A stretch of DNA of 63,680 nt, filler included, from Aduncisulcus paluster (lineage: Eukaryota): the NCBI GenBank assembly GCA_024181965.1. It is 44 parts of 44 records of this genome, joined end to end, with 100 filler letters (N's around TTAATTAATTAA, not from the genome) between each part and the next. Parts side by side here need not be neighbours in the genome. Positions count along the whole stretch, not along the records: positions 33,170 to 34,236 come from BQXS01010426.1; positions 34,337 to 35,358 come from BQXS01010438.1; positions 35,459 to 36,507 come from BQXS01010468.1; positions 36,608 to 38,138 come from BQXS01010534.1; positions 38,239 to 41,225 come from BQXS01010535.1; positions 41,326 to 42,544 come from BQXS01010536.1; positions 42,645 to 44,386 come from BQXS01010537.1; 37 more parts are not named here. The stretch is one strand, 5' to 3'. Each line of letters opens with the position of its first letter. The stretch's first letter is position 1. The notes under the pieces are model-generated. The model saw only the letters and a list, made by a program, of their open reading frames with translations. It made no database searches and was not told the DNA's origin. A program made the position numbers and the translations under genes. This document shows positions 33,404-43,647 of the stretch, piece by piece.

Positions 33404-34236
33404 TGATTGCACATAAAGATACACAAAATAGATATAACTTACCATCAGAAGTTAAATATTGTACAGAATGTACTATATCTAATCAAAGACCAAGAATTAC
33501 ATTTGATGAAAAAGGTGTTTGTTCTGCATGTAATTATGCAAAAATAAAAAAATTAGAAATAAACTGGGAACAAAGAGATAAAGAATTACAAGAGCTATGT
33601 GATAAGCACAGAAAAAATGATGGTTCTTACGATGTAATTGTTCCCTCAAGTGGAGGAAAAGATAGTGCTTATGTAGCATATCAACTTAAGTATAAATATA
33701 ATATGAATCCCTTAACAGTTACTTGGTCTCCTCATATTTGGACTAAAGACGGATTTGATAATTTTCAACAGCACATACATGTAGGTGGATTTGATAATGT
33801 ATTAGGAACTCCAAATGGTGATATTCATAGAAAACTTACTAAAATTTCTTTTGAAGTTTTAGGTGATCCTTTTCAGCCATTTATTTATGGTCAAACAAAT
33901 TATCCAATGCAAATGGCATTAAAACATAATGTTGCACTAATTATGTATGGTGAAAATGGTGAAGTAGAATATGGTGGAAGTATGAAGAATGCTTACAAGC
34001 CAAATAGAGATTGGAAAACTGATCATAAGGAACATTATTTTTCAGGTCTTGCACCAGAAGATCTTGTAGAGTATGGAATTAGTTCAAAAGATATTCTCCC
34101 ATACATGGCTCCTAAAACAGAAGAATTAGAGAATTTAGGTTTAGATATTCATTTCTTTGGATATTATAAACAATGGGTACCTCAAGAATTATATTATCAT
34201 GCCGTTGAGCATACTGGCTTTAAACCTAGATATGCA
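33403..34236 (+). CDS. N-acetyl sugar amidotransferase (PseA/PtmG/WbuX family), 3' truncated
   Basis: CTECTISNQRPRI..GVCSAC, YDVIVPSSGGKDS PP-loop, YGENGEVEYGG. Confidence 0.92.
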
Positions 34237-34371
34237 NNNNNNNNNNNNNNNNNNNNNNNNNNNNNNNNNNNNNNNNNNNNTTAATTAATTAANNNNNNNN
34301 NNNNNNNNNNNNNNNNNNNNNNNNNNNNNNNNNNNNGTTTTGAGCCATGGCATGTAGAGGTTATATAAATT

Positions 34372-35358
34372 ATGAACATCAATTTCAAAAAATCCTTTTT
34401 TCTTATTTTTATATCATTTTTATTTTTAGGATGCAATGAAAAAAATGAACCTATAAAAACACCACCTCTAAATCAAAGTACTATTATCGAAAAAGAAAAT
34501 ATAGATTCAAACAAAACAAAAGTTAAAGAGCTAAAAAAGATTGAAGATGGGACAAAAAAAGCATTGTCGTATCCTCCCAAAACTATACAAAGATCAAGCT
34601 CAACGGCAACAAAAAGTACAATAAAAAACTTTGATTTCAATATCATCAAAAAAGGTTTTAAAGATGACAATAATACTCTTCTAATCGTAGGGGGTATTCA
34701 AGGTGATGAACCTGGTGGTTTTATGGCAGCATCTTTAATTGTGACTCATTATAAGATTACAAAAGGTTCTGTTTGGGTTGTACCAAATCTAAACTTTTAT
34801 AGTATCATCAAACGAAGTCGTGGACCTTATGGTGATATGAATCGTAAATTTGCCAACTTATCAAAAGATGACCCTGAATACGAAACAATTCAAAGAATCA
34901 AAAACTATATCAATCATGATAATGTAAAATTAATAGTAAATCTCCATGATGGAAGTGGTTATTATAGACCAAAATATATAGACAAAGAACATTCTCCATA
35001 TAAATGGGGACAGTGTTCAATCATTGATCAAGAGATACTTAAAGACCACAAATATTCAAACCTTTTTGAGATATCAAACAGTGTAGTATCTCATGTAAAC
35101 AAAAGTCTTATTAAAAAAGAACATATATATCACCTACACAATACTCGTACACGAGAAGGTGATAAAGAGATGGAAAAAACACTCACTTACTATGCTATAA
35201 ATAAAGGAAAAGCTGCCTTTGGAAATGAAGCAAGTAAAAATTTACCAACACACCAAAGAACTTATTATCACCTTCTTGCTTTAGAAAAATATATGGACAC
35301 AATGAGTATTGAGTATGAAAGACAATTTAATCTTAACGATCAAGTGATAAAAAATATT
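34372..35358 (+). CDS. M99-family peptidoglycan DL-carboxypeptidase (Csd4/Pgp1-like), probable lipoprotein, 3' truncated
   Basis: FLGC lipobox, GGIQGDEPGG, DMNRKF, NLHDGSG, WGQCSIIDQ, NEASK. Confidence 0.9.
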
Positions 35359-35621
35359 NNNNNNNNNNNNNNNNNNNNNNNNNNNNNNNNNNNNNNNNNN
35401 NNTTAATTAATTAANNNNNNNNNNNNNNNNNNNNNNNNNNNNNNNNNNNNNNNNNNNNCAATTGTATTTACAAGTTCCATTCCTAATACTCCTAATTTTT
35501 ATTAGAGCATCTTAACAGTATTTTTAATTTACTATTAAAAGTATTACATTTTGCAATATGTTCATCTAAAATCAAATTATAAATAGTTTAATTTTCGAGA
35601 ATTTAGATAAGGATTATTAAA

Positions 35622-36389
35622 CTAAATAGTCACAATTTTAAGACTATTTTCTTCTTTAACTATCTCTGTATACTTAAAGTTCGTCTGTTTTATAATATAA
35701 TCTTTCACTTCTGATTTCATTTCACAACCAAAAATAATCTCAGAAACTGCTTCTTTGGGATATTTCTTTAATATAAATTCTTTTCCTTTTAGATTACCAC
35801 TCATTATATACCTATATTCTTGTTCAAATTTATAACTATCCAATTTAACAAATAATTTTTCATAAATTTCTTTTGCTAATTTCTCTTCACTTCCTATCTT
35901 AAAATATATCTTCATCATTGTGTATATATTTAATTTTGCTATTTCTTTTTGATAATGCATAGGGAAAACTCCAAAATCTTTACCAAATTTTTCTTTCTTA
36001 AATTTTATGCAAAATCCTTTATGAGAATTTGCATAGTTATTCCACATATCTTTATTTGTTCCAATATCTGTTAAACAATAGATACCATAATTATCTATCA
36101 TTTTATCTAGCATTATTTCCAAAGATGAAAATAATTTATTCCCTTTTTTTGTAAAACCATCCTTATTTATCAAATCTTTATATTCTTGAAACATATTTCT
36201 TGGTATAGATTTTCTTAATTGTTTTACTAAATCATAGGATGGTTTTACTAAATTAATCTTTGAATCATATTCATCTTCAAATTTCGTTCTACTAGAAATC
36301 AATGCATTATTATTTATTAAATCTTTAATGCTATTACTTTCCTTGAAATTCTTTTCATCTATAGCTCTATATTTGTATAAATAATCCAT
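35622..36389 (-). CDS. DUF2971-domain protein
   Basis: LYKYR, IYCLT..MWNNYANSHKGFCIKF, KLDSYKFEQEYR, EIIFG. Confidence 0.85.
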   Translation of the reverse strand: MDYLYKYRAIDEKNFKESNSIKDLINNNALISSRTKFEDEYDSKINLVKPSYDLVKQLRKSIPRNMFQEYKDLINKDGFTKKGNKLFSSLEIMLDKMIDNYGIYCLTDIGTNKDMWNNYANSHKGFCIKFKKEKFGKDFGVFPMHYQKEIAKLNIYTMMKIYFKIGSEEKLAKEIYEKLFVKLDSYKFEQEYRYIMSGNLKGKEFILKKYPKEAVSEIIFGCEMKSEVKDYIIKQTNFKYTEIVKEENSLKIVTI

Positions 36390-36400
36390 ATCATCCTCTT

Positions 36401-36505
36401 CTATAATACTAACTCAAATTCACATTCACCCAAAACAACACCATTAACCATTACACTCAATTTATGCACCCCTAAATAATATCTTCGTGTACTAATAGCT
36501 TTAAA
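36401..36505 (-). CDS. DNA alkylation repair protein (AlkC-type with Ig-like tail), C-terminus
   Basis: Manual translation FKAISTRRYYLGVHKLSVMVNGVVLGECEFELVL matches the TRxxYxGxHxxxxxVNG..F tail. Confidence 0.65.
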   Translation of the reverse strand, partial: FKAISTRRYYLGVHKLSVMVNGVVLGECEFELVL

Positions 36506-36607
36506 TGNNNNNNNNNNNNNNNNNNNNNNNNNNNNNNNNNNNNNNNNNNNNTTAATTAATTAANNNNNNNNNNNNNNNNNNNNNNNNNNNNNNNNNNNNN
36601 NNNNNNN

Positions 36608-36943
36608 CTGGTTGATTTCATGGCCCCGGAGTTCGGTGCTCTCAAAACGACGAAATTCACATCGCGTCCGAGGATGTTTCAAAAGCGCATATCAGATATG
36701 GCTGAACACCCGAACAATATGAAAGATGCCGGCGAATTTTTCCTTTCACACAATCCGGAGCTCTCGGACAAAATAATGTTGCCGATTGTCGAGACCATTG
36801 GCATTCAAGATTTGGCCAAGCTTTGTTCGCAGTGGTTTAAGAAGACGCCCAAAAAGATACAGGCGTCAGTCGCGACCATAGATCAGAACGGCAAAGTTCG
36901 CCCGGTCAAACTCAAAGCCATCAGAATTAATTCAAGTTGGTGA
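36608..36943 (+). CDS. Hypothetical protein C-terminus, candidate restriction endonuclease
   Basis: Open from the segment edge and convergent with a C5-methyltransferase; no family recognised. Confidence 0.45.
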   Translation: MVDFMAPEFGALKTTKFTSRPRMFQKRISDMAEHPNNMKDAGEFFLSHNPELSDKIMLPIVETIGIQDLAKLCSQWFKKTPKKIQASVATIDQNGKVRPVKLKAIRINSSW

Positions 36944-37031
36944 GACCACCCTCACCCCGCACGCGAAAGCAGACTCAGCCCTAGCGAAACGCATTGAGCA
37001 AGACGCGGAGATGGGTTGAGACCTGAAGAGT

Positions 37032-38138
37032 TCACTTACCTGCGTAGGCCAACTCTCCACCGTCTGTGCCCGCGTACACCGCCCCACCTTTGTACCAACG
37101 TCGGGTCCGAACGTGCGACTTGATGTAGACACGACGAAACGGTTGCTTGCTATTTCGATAGGTCGACCGTTTTTCGTTTCCCATCGCATCAAGTAGATTG
37201 GATACAACCTGCGCCGTAACTTTGCCCAAACGCACCGGCACCGCATTGCCAATTTGAAGATACTTTTCAGATGTTTTACCGCAGAAAATCCACCCATCAG
37301 GAAACTCTTGAATACGAGCGTATTCTTTAACCGACAAAACTCGAACCTGTTCAGGATGGCATAAGGATGTGCTCGCGTGATTAGGCATCGTCACAAGAGT
37401 TGGGCAAGGAAAATCCCAACTAAGCCTTCGCCACCAACCTGAACGGCCACCTTTTGCGTGCCATGCCCGCCCCATTGATTCCTGCTGCACCTCAACAGGA
37501 AGCGAGCGCCAATTCCCACCTTCGGGCACCAGTGATAAGAAACCTTTTTTTCTGGGACTAAAGTCCATCAGTTCTGGGTCGTTCTCTCTCAAATCACCGA
37601 TCGCGTCGCGCAGGGTCGCCCAGGACTTTAACTGACTTCCATTATAGGTGAACAGATTGGACTGATCCGCATCACTTTCAACGCCATGAGTGGGCTGAGG
37701 AAATTCAACCTCTACTCCGAATGAGTTACCAATGAAGACGACCCGTTCCCGTATCTGCGGCGCGCCATAATTGGCAGAATTTACTTCGAAGGCATCAACT
37801 CGATATGCGCCCTCTGTTTTGTCTCTCAGGTCTTCGACAAATTTCGCAATGACTGATCCGGGCTCTTCCTCTTCGACCAGTGCTGGACCGCCCTTCTCCG
37901 GCCGTTCAGCGATGGGACGGTGCTTCAGTGCGGCGGACATCAATCCTCGCACATTCTCCATGACAAATGCCTTTGGGCGGAGTGCCACGACAAACTCAAG
38001 GTACCGCCACAACAACGTGCCGCGCCTGTCTTGCACCGACTGGCGTCTGCCTGCTGTGCTGAACGACTGGCACGGCGGACCTCCTATCAAAAGATCGAGT
38101 TCACCTGGCTTGCTCCCGATCTCAGCCCTGAGTCCTTG
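37032..38138 (-). CDS. DNA (cytosine-5)-methyltransferase, 5' truncated
   Basis: GGPPCQSFS (IV), MENVRG (VI), PQIRERV (VIII), LSVKEYARIQEFPD (IX), QIGNAVP (X). Confidence 0.96.
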   Translation of the reverse strand, partial: QGLRAEIGSKPGELDLLIGGPPCQSFSTAGRRQSVQDRRGTLLWRYLEFVVALRPKAFVMENVRGLMSAALKHRPIAERPEKGGPALVEEEEPGSVIAKFVEDLRDKTEGAYRVDAFEVNSANYGAPQIRERVVFIGNSFGVEVEFPQPTHGVESDADQSNLFTYNGSQLKSWATLRDAIGDLRENDPELMDFSPRKKGFLSLVPEGGNWRSLPVEVQQESMGRAWHAKGGRSGWWRRLSWDFPCPTLVTMPNHASTSLCHPEQVRVLSVKEYARIQEFPDGWIFCGKTSEKYLQIGNAVPVRLGKVTAQVVSNLLDAMGNEKRSTYRNSKQPFRRVYIKSHVRTRRWYKGGAVYAGTDGGELAYAGK

Positions 38139-38259
38139 NNNNNNNNNNNNNNNNNNNNNNNNNNNNNNNNNNNNNNNNNNNNTTAATTAATTAANNNNNN
38201 NNNNNNNNNNNNNNNNNNNNNNNNNNNNNNNNNNNNNNAGTAAGGTAAAAGGGATAAAA

Positions 38260-39486
38260 ATGTTTGATGAAATAAAATTTAATAGAGTAGAGTTATTACC
38301 AAAATATGTATTTGCAGAGGTAAATGAACTTAAAATGAAAGAGCGCCATAATGGTCACGATGTTATAGACTTTTCTATGGGAAATCCAGATGGAGATACA
38401 CCTAATCATATTAGAGAAAAGTTAGTAGAATCTGCTAAAAAAACAAAAACACATGGGTATTCTACATCAAAAGGTATCCCTAAATTACTAAAAGCTATAG
38501 CAGATTGGTACGAAAGACGATATGATGTAGTTTTAGATCCACAAACACAATGTGTTGCGACTATGGGAAGTAAAGAGGGATATGCTCATTTAGCTTATGC
38601 TATTACAAATCCAGGTGATGTGACTGTTGTTCCTGATCCAACATATCCTATTCACAATTATGCTTTTATATTAGCAGGTGGAGAGGTAAAAAATTTTGGT
38701 ATTGTTTTTAACGAAGATTATGAAATAGATGAAGATAGATTTTTCAATGATCTTCAAGAGATATTTGATAATGCTGAAGAGGGCAAAAGACCAAAACATG
38801 TTTTAGTGAATTTTCCACACAATCCATCTACAGCAACAGTAACACCTGAATTTTATGTAAGACTTGTAAATATGGCAAAAAAAGAGCGATTTTATGTAAT
38901 TAGTGATATTGCGTATGGTGATATTACTTTTGATGGGTATAAAACACCATCTATATTAGCAGCACCTGGAGCTTTGGATGTTGCAGTTGAGTCATTTACA
39001 TTAAGTAAATCGTATAATATGGCAGGTTGGAGAGTAGGTTTTTTTGTAGGAAATACTAGACTTATAGGTGCTTTACAAAAAATAAAATCGTGGTTAGATT
39101 ATGGAATGTTTACACCTATTCAAGTTGCAGCTACAGTGGCACTAAATGGTGACCAAAAATGTGTACAAGATATAACGGACAAATATGATCACAGACAAGA
39201 TGTACTTTTAGATGCTTTTGCAAATGCAGGTTGGAAAATAAAAAGAAACAAAGCAAGTATGTTTGTATGGGCAAAACTTCCAAAATGTGTAGAACATTTA
39301 GGTTCACTCGAGTTTTCTAAAAAATTGCTTGTAGAAGCTGGAGTTGCAGTTGCACCTGGTATTGGTTTTGGACCAACTGGTGAAAATTATGTAAGAATAG
39401 CATTGATAGAAAATGACAAAAGAATACGACAAGCTGCAAGAAATATAAAAACATTTTTAAAGCAGTATGAAAATGGAGAGAAATAG
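38260..39486 (+). CDS. PLP-dependent class I aminotransferase (AlaC/LL-DAP aminotransferase-like)
   Basis: FSMGNPD, MGSKEG, NFPHNP, SDIAY, TLSKSYNMAGWRVG. Confidence 0.93.
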   Translation: MFDEIKFNRVELLPKYVFAEVNELKMKERHNGHDVIDFSMGNPDGDTPNHIREKLVESAKKTKTHGYSTSKGIPKLLKAIADWYERRYDVVLDPQTQCVATMGSKEGYAHLAYAITNPGDVTVVPDPTYPIHNYAFILAGGEVKNFGIVFNEDYEIDEDRFFNDLQEIFDNAEEGKRPKHVLVNFPHNPSTATVTPEFYVRLVNMAKKERFYVISDIAYGDITFDGYKTPSILAAPGALDVAVESFTLSKSYNMAGWRVGFFVGNTRLIGALQKIKSWLDYGMFTPIQVAATVALNGDQKCVQDITDKYDHRQDVLLDAFANAGWKIKRNKASMFVWAKLPKCVEHLGSLEFSKKLLVEAGVAVAPGIGFGPTGENYVRIALIENDKRIRQAARNIKTFLKQYENGEK

Positions 39487-40749
39487 ATGTTAAAAGTAGG
39501 AATAATAGGTGTAGGAACAGTTGGGTCTAGTGTTTGTCAAATATTAGAAGCTAATAAAGATATTATTACAGCAAGAGCAGGAGTAGAAATCACACCTGTA
39601 AGTGGTGTGGTTCATAATCTATCAAAAAAAAGAGATGTGTCTATTAAACTTACCGATAATGTTGATGATATATTAAATGATGATTCTATTGATATAGTAG
39701 TTGAACTAATGGGTGGTGTTGAACAACCTTACGAAGTTGTTAAAAAAGCACTCCAAAAAGGGAAAGCAGTTGTAACAGCAAACAAAGCACTTCTTGCGTA
39801 TCACAGATATGATTTACAAGATATAGCAGGTGACACTGCATTTGAATTTGAAGCAGCAGTTGCTGGTGGAATCCCTATTATTAATTCCCTAAGAGATGGA
39901 TTGAGTGCAAATCACATAGAATCTATCAAAGGTATTATGAATGGTACTTGTAACTATATGCTAACACGAATGATCAATGATGGCGTAGAATACGAAGATA
40001 TTTTAAAAGAATCACAAGAGTTAGGATATGCAGAAGCTGATCCTACATTTGATGTTGGTGGATTTGATGCTGCTCATAAACTGCTTATTTTAGCTTCGAT
40101 TGCTTATGGAATCGATGCTAAGCCTGAAGATATACTAATTGAAGGTATAGAAAATATCAATAGTGATGATATCGCTTTTGCAAAAGAGTTTGATTACTCT
40201 TTAAAACTTTTAGCAATAGCAAAAACAAATGAAGATGAAGTAGAACTAAGAGTTCATCCTGTTCTTATTCCAAATAGTGAAATGATTTCTAAAATTGATG
40301 GTGTGATGAACGGAGTTTCTGTTATAGGAGATAAAGTTGGTGAAACGATGTATTATGGACCAGGAGCTGGTGGTGATGCTACTGCTAGTGCAGTCATAGC
40401 AAACATAATAGACATTGCAAGAAGTGGAAAATCAACACCAATGCTAGGATTTAATAAGCCACTAGAATCAGGACTCAAATTAGCAAATATAGATAATATG
40501 GTTACAAAATATTATCTAAGACTTGAAGTTGAAGATAAAAGTGGAGTATTAGCAAAAGTGGCTACTATTTTAGGAGATAAAAACATCTCTATAAAAACAA
40601 TGGTACAAAAAGCATCAAAAACAAATAGTGTAAACCTTCTTTTATCTACACACAGTTGTAAAGAGTTAGATATTAAAAATGCTTTGAAAGAATTAAAAAA
40701 TGCAGGTGTCGTTAATAGTGAACCTACTATGATAAGAATAGAAGAGTAA
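39487..40749 (+). CDS. hom: Homoserine dehydrogenase
   Basis: GVGTVG, VVTANKA, EAAVAGGIP, NGTCNY, YAEADPTFDV, GPGAGG, C-terminal ACT domain. Confidence 0.97.
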   Translation: MLKVGIIGVGTVGSSVCQILEANKDIITARAGVEITPVSGVVHNLSKKRDVSIKLTDNVDDILNDDSIDIVVELMGGVEQPYEVVKKALQKGKAVVTANKALLAYHRYDLQDIAGDTAFEFEAAVAGGIPIINSLRDGLSANHIESIKGIMNGTCNYMLTRMINDGVEYEDILKESQELGYAEADPTFDVGGFDAAHKLLILASIAYGIDAKPEDILIEGIENINSDDIAFAKEFDYSLKLLAIAKTNEDEVELRVHPVLIPNSEMISKIDGVMNGVSVIGDKVGETMYYGPGAGGDATASAVIANIIDIARSGKSTPMLGFNKPLESGLKLANIDNMVTKYYLRLEVEDKSGVLAKVATILGDKNISIKTMVQKASKTNSVNLLLSTHSCKELDIKNALKELKNAGVVNSEPTMIRIEE

Positions 40750-40756
40750 ATAAAAG

Positions 40757-40790
40757 TTATACAAATGTATTTGAGTATACATTTGTATAA
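40757..40790 (+). terminator. Perfect 14-bp hairpin just after the hom stop, possible terminator
   Basis: TTATACAAATGTAT-TTGAGT-ATACATTTGTATAA; no clear U-tail. Confidence 0.55.
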
Positions 40791-40806
40791 TATATACTCC
40801 TTAAAA

Positions 40807-40858
40807 TTTCCAATTCTTAAGATAAGATTATCAACAATCTTATTTTAAGAATTGGAAA
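40807..40858. repeat. 23-bp-arm inverted repeat
   Basis: TTTCCAATTCTTAAGATAAGATT-ATCAAC-AATCTTATTTTAAGAATTGGAAA, one G.T pair. Confidence 0.85.
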
Positions 40859-40980
40859 GTAAAAGCTTTAGATAAAGGGCTCACTAACAATAAATTTCTT
40901 AAAAATAAGCCAATTTTAAGATATGTTCACTTATAATAGAACTATAAAACATATACACTTAAGAAAAGAGGAATTTTCCC

Positions 40981-41225
40981 ATGAGAATCAATACAAATGT
41001 AAGCTCACTAGTAGCACAAGAAGCAAATAAACAAACAAATGTAACACTTGCAAATTCGTTAGAGAAATTATCAACAGGTTTCAAAATCAATAAAGCTAGT
41101 GATGATGCATCAGGATTATCAATAGCAGATAAATTAAGAACACAAGCAAATGGATTAAATCAAGCAGTTGCAAATGGAAATAGTGCTATTACGCTAACAC
41201 AAATTGCAGATAAAGCTATGGCAGA
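40981..41225 (+). CDS. Flagellin, N-terminus
   Basis: [39 protein letters not shown]. Confidence 0.97.
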
Positions 41226-41325
41226 NNNNNNNNNNNNNNNNNNNNNNNNNNNNNNNNNNNNNNNNNNNNTTAATTAATTAANNNNNNNNNNNNNNNNNNN
41301 NNNNNNNNNNNNNNNNNNNNNNNNN

Positions 41326-41928
41326 ACTTAAAACAAATAATGTTTCAAAAGCACTATTAGGAACAACTCTATCATAAACACTCATAGTAAATAAAGGAAC
41401 TGCTAGAGCAAAAAGATTGATAAAAAATGTTAAAATTCCTATTTCTATATATGAACGCCAAAAAGATTTTACAGGATCAAAAAACCAAGACTTTTTTTTC
41501 TCTTTATCTATATATTCTTTTTTCTTTTCATCTCTAAAAATAATGATAGCTTGCACATATTTCTTTAAAAGATTTTTTTCTATCTTTTTCTCTATTTTTT
41601 CGTAAGGATCATACAAATAAGCATTTTTTCCATCTTTTTTGAGATAAACCATAGGATGATTTTCAGCATCAAAAATAATACAAGGTAAAAAATAACTTGG
41701 TAGTTCATCTGCAGTGATATCTTTTTTTATTGAGTAAAGCCCTAAGTTTGATACCACCTCAGATACACAATTTTCATCAAAACCATTTTGCGTTTTTGGA
41801 GTAAAACTAGAGATAGTTTCAAGTGAAATATCACCATAATAAAAATCTAGTATAAATTTTGTAGCTATTAAAAGCGGATCAGATTGAAACTCTCTATTTT
41901 TAGCTACTTTTTTTTGTTCATTCAACAA
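41326..41928 (-). CDS. Type I secretion ABC permease/ATPase (LapB/LssB-like), N-terminal part
   Basis: C39-like domain (DPLL..LPCII), then [32 protein letters not shown]. Confidence 0.9.
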
Positions 41929-41935
41929 CTATGCC

Positions 41936-42544
41936 TTATTTTTTTAATTTTAATTTATATTCTTTATCCATTTTAGCAAAGAGTGATTGAAATACAGCTT
42001 CCCATATTCTATTTTGTTTTTGTCTAAATAGTTTCATAGAGGGATATAAATACGATGTATCACCTTTATTAAGCCATCGCCAGTCTGGATATTTTTGAAG
42101 AAGAGTATAAGTTTTTACTCCAATTGCCCCAGCTAAATGTGCTACACTTGTATCAGAACTGATTACTAAATCTAACTCTTTCATAAAAGAGGCTGTTTTT
42201 GAAAAATCTGAAAATTTGTCTGTAAAATCTATCATATAATTTTCATATCCATTTTGTTCTATTTGTTCACTTCCATAACCTACTTGAAGCGAATAAATTT
42301 GGATTTTTGGATTTTTTATAAGAGGTTCAAAATGACTTAGGTCAAATACTTTACCATCATAGCTCTCTCCTGTTGCAGAAGCAGACCAACAAAGTCCTAT
42401 TTTGATTTTGTCGTTTTGGAGTTGAAACTCTTCATCTTTTTCTACTTTGAAGTAAGGTTCAGTTGGAAAATCACTCAAACCTCGTACATCTAAGATATAA
42501 GCCAAACTCATAATAGGAAGATGTAAATCAAAGCTTGGTGTATT
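41936..42544 (-). CDS. Glycosyltransferase (GT9-like domain usually found fused to TPRs), C-terminal part
   Basis: FDLHLPIMSL, KIGLCWS, YSLQ, DFSKTA..LDLVISSDTSVAHLAGAIG, PDWRW, YPSMKLFRQ. Confidence 0.88.
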   Translation of the reverse strand, partial: NTPSFDLHLPIMSLAYILDVRGLSDFPTEPYFKVEKDEEFQLQNDKIKIGLCWSASATGESYDGKVFDLSHFEPLIKNPKIQIYSLQVGYGSEQIEQNGYENYMIDFTDKFSDFSKTASFMKELDLVISSDTSVAHLAGAIGVKTYTLLQKYPDWRWLNKGDTSYLYPSMKLFRQKQNRIWEAVFQSLFAKMDKEYKLKLKK

Positions 42545-42644
42545 NNNNNNNNNNNNNNNNNNNNNNNNNNNNNNNNNNNNNNNNNNNNTTAATTAATTAA
42601 NNNNNNNNNNNNNNNNNNNNNNNNNNNNNNNNNNNNNNNNNNNN

Positions 42645-43002
42645 GGGTAACACCTCGGCGTCGTAGATGCAGATCGAGGTCGGTTCCATAGAACGCGCCC
42701 CAGTTTCGTTTGGTGATGACGATGTCGTCTGGGTGCCTGGACAGCTCGTCAACGAAGTGGTGTCCATCCGATAGTGTTGCCCAGGTTGGCCCTTGGAGTC
42801 GCGGGTGGTCGGTCCGGCCCGGGGGAGCCGAACCACCCTGCGATGCCAGCCCGACAAGCACGACGGGCAGTCCGCAATGCCGGAACGCGGCGGCAAGTTG
42901 TGCCGCGTGTTCGACTACGGGCCGCGCGGGCGCAGCCTGCGCGATAGCGTTTTGCAGGTCGATGAGTACAAGAGCGGGATGTGGATCAAGCGATAGGGTC
43001 AT
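42645..43002 (-). CDS. Isochorismatase-family cysteine hydrolase (YecD-like), 3' truncated
   Basis: ALVLIDLQN, ITKRNWGAFYGTDLDLHLRRRGV; ATGA overlap with the upstream gene. Confidence 0.9.
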
Positions 43003-43643
43003 GGGGCAGTGGCCTTCCGGCCCGGGGCGCCGTAGACCCAGGGGCGGCGCTGTTGGTCGAGGCGCCGGAAGTCATCGATACGACTACGGTGCGCAAGCGT
43101 CTGACCGATTGCGTCCAGGCCGCCGATCAGCTGCGCTCGTGTTCTGGCATCGATGGTGAAGCCGTGTCGCGGACCCTCCGCGATGCCGACTAGCTGATCT
43201 ACGAGGTCGATACTGACCACGGATCGGATACCGGAACCGAAGGTCTCATCAACGAGCTCCCGGTGAACGTCTGCCGGGATTGCCAGGGGCAGAATGCCAT
43301 TGCGTATGCAGTTGGTTTCGAAGATGAGTGTGAAGCTAGGGGAGATGACCGCCCGAAAGCCGGCGTCGCGCAGTGCCCATACCGCAGTTTCCCGCGAGCT
43401 TCCGCAGCCAAAATTCGGCCCCGCAACCAGGATCGACGCCGTGCGGTACCGCTCCTGATTGAGTACGAAGCCGGAGTTGACGGTTCCATCAGGGTTGTAC
43501 CGCCAGTCCAGGAACAAGGCGTCCCCAAACCCGTGCTTGGACAATTCGGCGGGTTTGAAATGCGATGGGCAAATGGCATCGGTGTCGACATTGGCACGCA
43601 ACAGTGGCGCCGCGATACCGGTGACATACGTGAAGGGCTCCAT
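42999..43643 (-). CDS. 3-isopropylmalate dehydratase small subunit-like (LeuD paralogue)
   Basis: Likely start MEPFT; NVDTDAICP, NFGCGSSRETAVWAL, LIGGLDAIGQTL. Confidence 0.9.
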   Translation of the reverse strand: MEPFTYVTGIAAPLLRANVDTDAICPSHFKPAELSKHGFGDALFLDWRYNPDGTVNSGFVLNQERYRTASILVAGPNFGCGSSRETAVWALRDAGFRAVISPSFTLIFETNCIRNGILPLAIPADVHRELVDETFGSGIRSVVSIDLVDQLVGIAEGPRHGFTIDARTRAQLIGGLDAIGQTLAHRSRIDDFRRLDQQRRPWVYGAPGRKATAP

Positions 43644-43647
43644 GGGC

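Noticed and set aside
35459-38138. DUF2971 plus methyltransferase as one defence island
   Set aside because: They are on different segments separated by a spacer and differ strongly in GC content
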